In this document: in pieces, positions 50,627-59,270 of the stretch
How the letters are laid out: each line of letters starts with the position of its first letter
How positions within the stretch are numbered: the first letter of the stretch is position 1
Assembly: GCA_963718615.1 (NCBI GenBank)
Contig: OY970368.1
Location: 1,419,287-1,483,286, forward strand
DNA from: an uncultured cyanobacterium
Lineage (GTDB): Bacteria > Cyanobacteriota > Cyanobacteriia > PCC-9006 > JAAUQQ01
Direction of reading: 5' to 3'
Length of the DNA: 64,000 nt
Position numbers and translations under genes: made by a program
The notes under the pieces: model-generated
What the model saw: the letters and a program-made list of their open reading frames with translations, nothing else
The model's database searches: none
What the model was told of the DNA's origin: nothing

Positions 50627-51805
50627 ATGGCGACTTCATTTTTTAATAGCGGAATTGGTAATGGTTCAATTTCGCTGAGTAATCCTTTTAGTTCAGGTCT
50701 TTTTTCTGGCGGCATTGGGAGCATACCCGGCAGCAGTTCAAGTAGCGGAACTATTCAAGGGGATAACGGAGATAACTTTTTGTCCGGTAGTTCTGCTGGC
50801 AATGATGTAATTTTTGGGAGAGGTGGTAACGATCGCCTCTTCGGTTACGGCGGTAATGACACCCTCAACGGAGATGATGGGAATGATTTCATTGACGGGG
50901 GACAAGGCAACGATATCTTGAACGGTGGCAACGGAGACGACACCATTCAAGGCGGATCGGGTGACGATATCATTGATGGCGGTGCAGGCAACGATCGCCT
51001 CTTCGGGGTCAGCGGCAACAATCAAATCAATGGAGGGGCCGGAAACGACTTTATTCAAGGGGCAAGTGGTAGCACTTTTACCGGAGGTGGCGTTGATATT
51101 TTGCGCGGTGGCGATGGCAACGACCAAATTTTTGGCCTTAGTGGCAACGATCAAATCTATGGAGATAATGGTAACGATATTTTAGTGGGAGATGGAGGGG
51201 ATGACCGGATTGAAGGCGGTAACGGCAATGATGAGCTCCGTGGAGAAACCGGCAACGATCTCCTCTTTGGTGACTCGGGGGTAGACAAAATTCAAGGGGG
51301 TCAGGGTAATGACGTCCTCGAAGGTGGTGGCGGCAATGACACCTTAATAGGCGGAATCGGCAATGATGTATTAATCGGAGTAGGGCGTGGCAGCACTGCC
51401 ATTGGAGCCTCATTCCTCGGGCGAGGCGAGCAGGATTTATTGGTTGGGGGAGCAGGAGGTGATTTATTTGTTCTAGGCGGTCAAGGCAAGGCTTATTATT
51501 TTGGCGGTTCGCTGGATGGCACAGCATTGACTGGAGCTGATGATTTCGCTGTCATTGGGGTTGAACTGCTCGGGGCAGATGGCTCGGTTACCGGGTATGG
51601 TCGTGATTTTACAGTTGACCCTGATCCTGCGATCGGAGACCGGATTCAACTTGCTAATGGCATTAACTATCAGTTAGTATCTGGAGCTTTTGCTTCAGAT
51701 AGCGATGCGTTGATTATTGCGGATGTCGGTGCTGGAGCTGAAATTGTCGCGGTCATTGTTGGCGCAACGTTAGCAGAGGTTCAGTCGACGCTCGTGTTTG
51801 CCTAA
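50627..51805 (+). CDS. RTX-type calcium-binding repeat protein (haemolysin-type GGxGxDxL/I nonapeptide repeats)
   Basis: More than 15 consecutive GGNGNDxLxG-type nonapeptides; Gly-rich N-terminus. Confidence 0.8.
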   Translation: MATSFFNSGIGNGSISLSNPFSSGLFSGGIGSIPGSSSSSGTIQGDNGDNFLSGSSAGNDVIFGRGGNDRLFGYGGNDTLNGDDGNDFIDGGQGNDILNGGNGDDTIQGGSGDDIIDGGAGNDRLFGVSGNNQINGGAGNDFIQGASGSTFTGGGVDILRGGDGNDQIFGLSGNDQIYGDNGNDILVGDGGDDRIEGGNGNDELRGETGNDLLFGDSGVDKIQGGQGNDVLEGGGGNDTLIGGIGNDVLIGVGRGSTAIGASFLGRGEQDLLVGGAGGDLFVLGGQGKAYYFGGSLDGTALTGADDFAVIGVELLGADGSVTGYGRDFTVDPDPAIGDRIQLANGINYQLVSGAFASDSDALIIADVGAGAEIVAVIVGATLAEVQSTLVFA

Positions 51806-51854
51806 AGCTTGTAAATACCGACTTGGGAACAGCTATCAAAAGGCTGACTCAACG

Positions 51855-51880
51855 AAAAGAGCCCGTAAATGGGCTCTTTT
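51855..51880 (+). terminator. rho-independent terminator after the RTX gene
   Basis: Perfect hairpin aaaagagccc-gtaaat-gggctctttt followed by T's. Confidence 0.7.
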
Positions 51881-52527
51881 AGAAAGACTGGGCAGTCAAT
51901 GCCGTCAGAACTAGCTCGGTATGCATGTGGTCTGCCATGGACCAACCCACTACTCAACGAGAAAATAGGTCGATAATGACTGCCAAGTACGGTAGTCCTA
52001 TTTAGGTAAGGATAGCCACAACCCCTTTCACGCAGAGCTTTCAGCGCTTAGAGTGAACTTTATAGACCTGAAATATCCTGGATTTTCTCACGGTTTTACA
52101 GCCACAAAGCCAAGATATTCACGAAATAGTAGGTACTCTGGGCCATCTCATCGGCAGATACTTACCCTCTTCTACAAGGTAAGAAATTGTTGAAATTGAT
52201 GCTGGTAGAGAGTTTCAGCCATCCTTACCTTTGGAGCACTACCCGCTTATATCTTATTTCCTACGGGGCAATGAGCATTCCGGAAGAGTAAGAGAGGTTC
52301 AGTATTCTGGCTGAATGGGAGTGTTCACAAAATCGGGTATGCCCCGCCTGTAACCCTTATGTTTTCGTTAATTTTAGGAATGTACACAAAATTCTGATAA
52401 CTCCCAGTTCAGGTATAAGCCAGACCTAGGCAATCCTTAAAAATATCCAATGGCTTGGGCGATCGCGATAGAACAAGCCAATGTTACATTTTATGTATTG
52501 ACTCTCATGTCAATATCAAGGCCGGTC

Positions 52528-52543
52528 ATAGACAAAGATCTAT
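52528..52543. promoter_or_regulatory. ATAG-N8-CTAT palindrome 10 bp upstream of the ndhF3 start (candidate LysR-type NdhR/CcmR-like operator)
   Basis: atag acaaagat ctat read directly. Motif identity recalled from the Synechocystis NdhR literature. Chance expectation in 64 kb is about one occurrence. Confidence 0.3.
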
Positions 52544-52552
52544 ATCATACCC

Positions 52553-54449
52553 ATGCTCAATGCCGACTTCTTCGCCCAGACCAGCTGGCTCATCCCCTGC
52601 TACCCAATGATTGGGGCGCTGCTGTCGATTTTTTGGTCCCCAGCGCTCATTCGCCGCACAGGGCCACGTCCAGTAGGCTATCTCAATCTGCTCACCACGG
52701 TTTTTGCTCTGGCTCATAGTGCCCTCGCCTTTTCAGCTCTGTGGCAACAGCCGGTCCAGTTTTTGCAGCTCTCCTGGCTACAGGTAGCAGATTTACATCT
52801 GGTTTTGCCCCTGGAGCTTTCTGCCCTAACGCTGGGGGCCAGTTTGGTGATTACGATTTTGAACCTCTTGGTTCAGATCTATGCCATTGGCTACCTAGAA
52901 ATGGACTGGGGCTGGGGTCGGCTCTATGCGCTGCTGGCTTTGTTTGAGGCGGGGATGACGGCGTTGATTCTGTGTGACTCGCTGTTCTTTAGCTATATCC
53001 TGCTGGAGATTTTGACCCTGGGAACCTACTTGATTGTGGGCTACTGGTTCAATCAGTCCCTGGTGGTGACCGGGGCGCGGGATGCGTTCTTGACCAAGCG
53101 GGTGGGAGATTTGATTTTGCTCATGGGCGTGCTAGCGCTTTACCCCTTGGCAGGAACCTGGAACTTTAGCGAGCTGGCCGTTTGGGCTCCGACGGCAGTG
53201 GTCGATCCGACGGTGATGGCCTTGATCGGCATTGCGCTGGTGGCTGGACCCATTAGTAAATGTGCGCAGTTTCCCCTGCATCTTTGGCTCGACGAAGCCA
53301 TGGAAGGGCCGTTGCCCACGACGATTTTGCGGAACTCGGTGGTGGTGGCCACGGGGGCTTGGGTGTTGGTGAAGTTGCAGCCGGTATTGGCGCTGTCTTC
53401 GGTGGCGACGGGGTTGGCGATCGCCATCGGCAGTCTCACAGCCCTTGGCGCAACCTTGATCGCAGCGGCCCAAATCGATGCCAAGCGGGTCCTCTCCTAT
53501 TTGGCCAGCGCCTACATGGGCTTGATTTTCATCGCCGTCGGGGCCGGTTACGCAAACGCAGCACTGCTGTTGGTCTTTACCCACGCCGTTGCCACGGCAC
53601 TGCTGCTGATGAGCAGCGGCTCGATTATTTTGAATACGGTCACCCAGGACCTGACCCAAATGGGCGGACTCTGGAGCCGTCGCCCGATTACAGGATTATC
53701 CTTTCTAACCGGGATTGCAGGCTTGATTGCGCTGCCCCCGTTCGGTGGGTTTTGGGCGCTGTTGGATTTAGTCAGTGGCCTTTGGGAAACGCAGCAGTGG
53801 GGCTTGCTCGGTGTCGTTGTTGCAACCAATGCCATTGCGGCCTTTGCCTTGGTGCGGATGTTTGGCTTGATCTTTGCAGGCGATCGCACCGCCATGACCG
53901 CCCGCGCACCGGAACCGATTTGGCTGGTGGTGTTGCCGATGATGGCGATGACCGGGTTGACGTTACATTTGCCGATGGTGATGCATCAGTTTGCGTTGTT
54001 GCCAGAAGGGCACGTTGCTCTATGGTGCTTTGGGTTGGATTTTGTTGTGGTCTAGCGTTTTGGGAGGGGCGATCGCCACATTCTTCTACGTTTTCCCCCG
54101 TTCTGCCCAACCGGCATCGCTGTTGCCTCCGGTGCTCAATCGCTTGTTAGCCTACGATTTTTACACCCCGAAGGTTTATCAGGTGACGGCGATCGCAGCA
54201 GTGGATTTGTTGTCCAAGGGAACGGATTGGTTAGACCGCTATGTGGTGGATGGACTGGTGAATTTGGTGGGGTTAACGTCGCTGTTTAGCGGTGAAGCCT
54301 TGAAGTATGGCAATAGCGGTCGGCTGCAGATTTATGCCCTAACGATTACGTTTTTTGTGGCAGTCATTGGCCTGTATATGGGGTGGAGTTATTTACCCAA
54401 ATTAGTGTCCACCCATCCGGCTTTAAATACCCTTTCCATTCAACCTTAA
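52553..54449 (+). pseudogene. ndhF3: NDH-1 subunit NdhF3 (CO2-uptake-specific), interrupted by a +1 frameshift near 54000-54015
   Basis: 500-aa ORF with NuoL/NdhF helices ends at 54055. The conserved NdhF C-terminus (YDFYTPKVY ... VVDGLVN) continues in another frame (53991-54449). Could be a real mutation or a sequencing error. Confidence 0.7.
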
Positions 54450-54486
54450 TCCCTTTATTCATCCCCCTGATTTTCCTGAAGCCTCC

Positions 54487-56007
54487 ATGCTAAATCCTCT
54501 CATTTGGCTACCGGTTGCCGGAGCCCTGTTAATCGCCTTTATTCCGATTCAGATTTCTGCCAAAACCGCTCGTTCTACGGCCTTAGCCGTATCCGGGACC
54601 GTTCTACTCTGGACGATTTGGTTGTTTACCCAGTTCGACCTTGCCAACGCCGAGTTCCAAATGCGGGAGTTCATGCCTTGGCTACCCATGCTGGGATTAA
54701 ACTACGACCTGGCCTTGGACGGACTGTCGCTGATGATGGTGGTGCTCAACAGTTTGCTCACCTGGATTGCCATTTATAGCAGTTCCAGCGAAACCGAACG
54801 GCCTCGGTTTTTCTATTCCCTGATTCTGCTGGTCAGCGGTGGCGTTGCCGGGGCCTTTTTAGCTCAGAATTTGCTCTTGTTCTTCCTGCTCTTTGAAATC
54901 GAACTTGTCCCCCTCTATTTCTTGATTTCGATTTGGGGCGGCGAGAAACGGGACTATGCGGCGACCAAGTTTTTGTTGTATACGGCGATCGCCGGAGCCC
55001 TCATCCTTACTGGCTTCCTCGGTACCGTTTGGCTGGGCGGTAACCTCGATTTCTCCTACGCCAACGTCCTGCAACTGCAACTGCCCTGGGCCAGCCAAGT
55101 GATTCTGCTGGGAATTTTGCTTGTGGGCTTTGGCATCAAAATTCCCCTGGTTCCCTTCCACACCTGGCTCCCCGACACCTACGTCACCGCCTCGCCTCCC
55201 GTTGCGATTTTGCTCGGTGGTGTTCTCGCTAAACTCGGCACCTACGGCATTTTTCGGTTTGGTTTAGGGCTATTTCCTGAGGCTTGGGCGGTTTTATCCC
55301 CCGGTTTAGCGGTGTGGGCAGCGATTAGCGTGTTGTATGGGTCGGTGACGGCGATCGCCCAGAAGGATATCAAACGTATGGTGGCCTACAGCTCCATTGG
55401 TCACATGGGCTACGTCATGCTGGGCGGTGCAGCTTTTACCGAACTCAGCCTCATCGGTGCCATTTCCCAAATGGTCTCCCACGGGTTGATTCTGGCGTTG
55501 CTGTTTCATCTCGTTGGTCTGGTCGAAGCCAAGGTCGGCACCCGCCAATTAGATGTCCTGAACGGTCTAATGAACCCGCTCCGGGGTCTCCCCATGGTCA
55601 GTGCGTTGCTGGTCCTCAGCGGTATGGCCAGCGCTGGCATTCCCGGATTGGTGGGCTTTATCACAGAATTTCTAGTCTTCCAAGGCAGCTACAGCGTCTT
55701 CCCCGTTCAAACGTTGCTCTGCGTGGTGGGCACTGGTTTAACCGCTGTGTACTTCGTGATTTTGATCAACCGCACCTGCTTCGGTCGTTTGGATAGCCAA
55801 AAAGCCTACTACGGCAAAGTTAGCTTCGACGAACGTATTCCGGCCCTAGTTTTAGCAACGTTGGTCGTTGCCTTGGGTTTACAACCCAATTGGTTAGTTC
55901 ACTGGAGTAGTGCAACATCCGCCTCCTTAGTGGCCGCCGTGCCTCATTTTGAAGCGGTGCAAGTTGCCGATGCAAATGGAATGGATTCAGATCTCAACAT
56001 CCCCTAG
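54487..56007 (+). CDS. ndhD3: NDH-1 subunit NdhD3 (NuoM family)
   Basis: 506 aa, 14 predicted TM helices, NuoM/NdhD conserved blocks; sits between ndhF3-like and cupA. Confidence 0.85.
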   Translation: MLNPLIWLPVAGALLIAFIPIQISAKTARSTALAVSGTVLLWTIWLFTQFDLANAEFQMREFMPWLPMLGLNYDLALDGLSLMMVVLNSLLTWIAIYSSSSETERPRFFYSLILLVSGGVAGAFLAQNLLLFFLLFEIELVPLYFLISIWGGEKRDYAATKFLLYTAIAGALILTGFLGTVWLGGNLDFSYANVLQLQLPWASQVILLGILLVGFGIKIPLVPFHTWLPDTYVTASPPVAILLGGVLAKLGTYGIFRFGLGLFPEAWAVLSPGLAVWAAISVLYGSVTAIAQKDIKRMVAYSSIGHMGYVMLGGAAFTELSLIGAISQMVSHGLILALLFHLVGLVEAKVGTRQLDVLNGLMNPLRGLPMVSALLVLSGMASAGIPGLVGFITEFLVFQGSYSVFPVQTLLCVVGTGLTAVYFVILINRTCFGRLDSQKAYYGKVSFDERIPALVLATLVVALGLQPNWLVHWSSATSASLVAAVPHFEAVQVADANGMDSDLNIP

Positions 56008-56083
56008 TGGTCAATCGAACTGACCCCACCCAACAGCCGGACGAACGCAGTTCGTCCCTACGCCCCATCACCCCATTGTCCCA

Positions 56084-57379
56084 ATGCCCACCGCAACCTT
56101 AACCGCCCCAATTATCCCCCCCTCCACCCACCCCTTCGCCGACATCATCCATCGCCTCGAAGCCGGTGGTTCGATGTTGCCCGATACCCCCGATAACCTC
56201 AAGCAAATTATCGGCATTTACAAAGCCTATGCCGTCCCCATGGACTTCTACTGGCGCGACTTGTTGTATATCGCCGAGCGGGTATTTCTCAACCCCTTAC
56301 CCGCCTTCAAATACTTCATTTCTCAAGATTATCTCGATCGCCCTAATTGCTATGCCGGAGACAGCGCCGACCTGCGCATTTGGCGAGGTGAGGCCGATGC
56401 CCATCCCGAATTACGGGAGTTTATGGACCAGGGAGAGGCTAAACGCAAACTGCCTCGGTTGCTGCATCATCTTTGGCATGATCGCGTCAATATGGAATTT
56501 GCCGAAGCCTGTATGCAGGCGATGTTTTGGCATGAGGATATCAATCCGAGATTCAACGAATATCTCGACAGTGACGAATATAAAGCCAACGCCGATCGCG
56601 CCATCCGCGCCTATTTCAAAGGCAATCCAGTCATGCTGGGGCTTTATAAACTCTTTCCAGAAATGTTCCTAGAGCAGGTCAAACGCCTGTCCTACTACGC
56701 CAATCTTGGCCTGTTTTGGGAAGTTATGGCTCCGGTCTTTTTTGAAATGAGTGACCTGTACGACGAAGGGAAACTCACCAGCGTGCCTGAAGCCATGCAA
56801 TTCCTAGTCAATGGAATTTTCGCCGTAGCCGGTCGCCCCATTTACCATCACGTCTACATCGGTGGCCAATGCTTTGAAATCATTCCCAAAGCCCAAGGCT
56901 TCACCTGGCTCTACGAAGCCGCCCTGCCCTACGTCGAAGCCGTGTTTTACCGCACCGCCCCCTTTCGCGGCACCAAATCCTATAACGCTCAGGCCGGTCA
57001 GGTCCCCAGCAAACAAAAGGATTTTCACTACGGCATCCTCTACGCCGATGTCTTTCCTGTCGGTAGTGCAGGCATTCCCCCAACGTTGCTGATGCAAGAT
57101 ATGCTCCACTTCCTGCCCGACTACCTCGTGGAAGAATACCGCCAACACAGCCGGGGCGAAGACGACATGCTAATTCAGCTGGGCATCACCTTCCAGCGGT
57201 CCATGTACAACGTCACCTCCGCCGTCATCCAAGCCCTACGTTGCGCTCTACTCTATCCCCTGGACGACCCCAATCCTGAACACCTCAAAGCCAATCGTCA
57301 GTTCTTTGAGCAACAGATCGATCGCTTCACCCGCCCTGAAGCTCGCCTCCGCGATGTTCAACGTCAGGATTACCGCTAA
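56084..57379 (+). CDS. cupA: CO2 hydration protein CupA (ChpY)
   Basis: 431 aa; conserved ChpX/ChpY family blocks; canonical position after ndhD3. Confidence 0.85.
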   Translation: MPTATLTAPIIPPSTHPFADIIHRLEAGGSMLPDTPDNLKQIIGIYKAYAVPMDFYWRDLLYIAERVFLNPLPAFKYFISQDYLDRPNCYAGDSADLRIWRGEADAHPELREFMDQGEAKRKLPRLLHHLWHDRVNMEFAEACMQAMFWHEDINPRFNEYLDSDEYKANADRAIRAYFKGNPVMLGLYKLFPEMFLEQVKRLSYYANLGLFWEVMAPVFFEMSDLYDEGKLTSVPEAMQFLVNGIFAVAGRPIYHHVYIGGQCFEIIPKAQGFTWLYEAALPYVEAVFYRTAPFRGTKSYNAQAGQVPSKQKDFHYGILYADVFPVGSAGIPPTLLMQDMLHFLPDYLVEEYRQHSRGEDDMLIQLGITFQRSMYNVTSAVIQALRCALLYPLDDPNPEHLKANRQFFEQQIDRFTRPEARLRDVQRQDYR

Positions 57380-57400
57380 CCCCATTCCCCCATCCTCCCC

Positions 57401-57799
57401 ATGGCCAACATTGTTGAAATCGCCGTAAACACCCCTGGCTTCTCCACCCTCGTTGCAGCAGTGCAAGCAGCGGGGCTCGTCGAAGCCCTTGCCTCTCCGG
57501 AACCCTTCACCGTCTTTGCCCCCAATGACGACGCCTTTGCCAAGCTGCCCCCTGGCACCGTCCAAACCCTGGTGGATAACCCGCCCCAGCTTGCCCGGAT
57601 TTTGAAATACCATGTCGTTTCCGGCATCTATTCGCAAGAACAACTCGCCACCGCTAGCCCGTTAACCTCCCTAGAAGGCTCGCCCATCCCCGTTCGTCTC
57701 AACCCGTTTGAGGTCAAAAATGCGACGGTTTTAGCCGCTGACATTGAGGCGGACAATGGCATTATCCATGTGATTGATACGGTAATATTGATGGGATAA
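57401..57799 (+). CDS. cupS: CupS-position small protein with fasciclin (FAS1)-like sequence
   Basis: 132 aa; [11 protein letters not shown] ... ILKYHVVSG ... matches FAS1 conserved regions H1/H2. Occupies the cupS slot of the ndhF3 operon. My recollection is that CupS has a fasciclin-like fold. Confidence 0.6.
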   Translation: MANIVEIAVNTPGFSTLVAAVQAAGLVEALASPEPFTVFAPNDDAFAKLPPGTVQTLVDNPPQLARILKYHVVSGIYSQEQLATASPLTSLEGSPIPVRLNPFEVKNATVLAADIEADNGIIHVIDTVILMG

Positions 57800-57835
57800 G
57801 TTCTCTGATTCAGTTGTCTGATAGGTTCTCCAATG
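57796..57835. repeat. left copy of imperfect direct repeat (ATAAGTTCTCT ... GTTCTCCAATG) bounding a low-GC islet; right copy at 60798-60835
   Basis: The 11-mers ataagttctct and gttctccaatg each occur at both ends of the about 3-kb AT-rich, HIP1-free segment. Left copy overlaps the cupS stop codon. Confidence 0.6.
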
Positions 57836-58497
57836 ATTTTCGTTGGTATAATCAGAATGATGGGTGAGACAGACTGTGTCTCTAGCCTTGTCTAGCAGCG
57901 TCTTTGGAGGCTTCTGCGGAGCAGTCTGATAGACCGAAAAATTCGGCTTTTGCTCTGGGGATATACAGAAAAGTTCTGCCTATCTCCCTTTCTGGGGGTG
58001 ATATACGGAAAAATTCTGTATACTGAATTGTTATGCTCTCAGAAAAACTGTGATCACGACAGTTCAGTCTACGAGTACATTTTTTGGGGTTTGACCATCA
58101 TCAAAGTCGTGCCAGTCTGATTTTTCTAACAAAGATAATACCTATAAGAATCATGGAAGACTCCGCTAGAAAATATCAAGCAGGTTTGGATTGTAAAAAA
58201 GCAGAAGAAGCACTTGAAGCATTTCTAGAAGAGTCGAATGACAAGGCTAAAGTATTTGCCATTAAAGGAGATTGGGGAATCGGGAAGACACACTTAGTAA
58301 AAGCATTTCTGGCAAACAGAAAAAAAGAGTATCATTATGCCTCTGTTTTCGGAGTTTCAACTGTTGACGAATTAAAAGTGAAATTATGGAGCAATTTTAA
58401 GTCAGACAAACAAGAAAAAAGGGTAGTGCCTTTAGCTGGGGGATGAGTATGTTGTGGCCATTAGAGAAAGAAAAAGCAAACTGGGTAAGACCCTTCT

Positions 58498-58821
58498 GTG
58501 CCAATTGCGATGACTCAAGAGCTGCTTCATTGTCCTAACTGTCTATCTGAAGATATCAGCCGTAACGGCTTCAACGATCGCGGTACTCAAAGCTATAAAT
58601 GTCGAGATTGCCATCGCCGGTTTGTCCTGACTCCGAAATCCCTTCCCTTGAGCGATGAAGAGATAGCCTTGCTCGAACGTTTATTGCTTGAAAGGCTGGC
58701 CATTGCTGGAATTGCTCGGGTGATGCAGCGCTCCGAGAGCTGCATTCAGACCTACGTCAACGCCAAAGCTAAAACCGTTGCTCGGGAGGTGGAAGTGACG
58801 AAGAAAGTAAAAAAGCTCTGA
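58498..58821 (+). CDS. insA: IS1-family InsA-like protein (zinc-finger / HTH DNA-binding transposase N-terminal part)
   Basis: CPNC ... C..C zinc finger at the N-terminus and an HTH-like region, as in IS1 InsA. Confidence 0.8.
   Translation: MPIAMTQELLHCPNCLSEDISRNGFNDRGTQSYKCRDCHRRFVLTPKSLPLSDEEIALLERLLLERLAIAGIARVMQRSESCIQTYVNAKAKTVAREVEVTKKVKKL
58809..58815 (+). other. A AAA AAG slippery heptamer for programmed -1 ribosomal frameshifting (insA to insB, giving the InsAB' transposase)
   Basis: A6G lies in zero-frame (gtA AAA AAG ctc tga), 6 nt before the insA stop. The -1 frame reads ... KKALTVQMDELWSF into insB. Confidence 0.6.
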
Positions 58822-58829
58822 CGGTCCAG

Positions 58830-59270
58830 ATGGACGAACTCTGGTCGTTCGTGGACCATAAAGGAAATAAACAGTGGGTTTGGATTGCTCTAGATGCGGA
58901 CACTCGCGAAATCATTGGCCTTTATATCGGGGACCGAAGTGCTAAATCTGCCGAAGCTTTATGGCGGTCTCTACCGGGAGTGTACCGCCAATGTGCAGTC
59001 ATCTACACCGATTATTGGGAGAGCTATGCCTGTGTGCTTCCTAGCCAACGCCACCGAGCGGTTGGGAAAGAAAGCGGGCTGACGAGCTACATCGAGAGGT
59101 TCAACTGCACCCTGCGGCAAAGGGTGTCGCGCTTGGTCCGAAAGGCGCTCTCGTTTTCAAAGAAACAAGAGAACCACGAGGCTGCGATCTGGAATTTCGT
59201 TCACCATTACAACCAGCAATTGCGCCTTAAGCAGGCTCATGCCGCTTCATTCTCTCCAGCACCCACATAA
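58830..59270 (+). CDS. insB: IS1-family InsB-like transposase catalytic part
   Basis: DELWSFV ... WVWIALD ... TR.I ... YTDYW ... IERFNCTLRQRVSRLVRKALSFSK matches conserved IS1 InsB blocks. Confidence 0.8.
   Translation: MDELWSFVDHKGNKQWVWIALDADTREIIGLYIGDRSAKSAEALWRSLPGVYRQCAVIYTDYWESYACVLPSQRHRAVGKESGLTSYIERFNCTLRQRVSRLVRKALSFSKKQENHEAAIWNFVHHYNQQLRLKQAHAASFSPAPT

Noticed and set aside
50627-51805. RTX protein as a classical C-terminal-signal T1SS toxin
   Set aside because: Not rejected outright, but the adjacent exporter carries a C39 peptidase domain, which classical HlyB-type RTX exporters lack. No typical acidic or amphipathic C-terminal signal is obvious (the protein ends ... AEVQSTLVFA). 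An N-terminal leader mechanism is therefore flagged instead.
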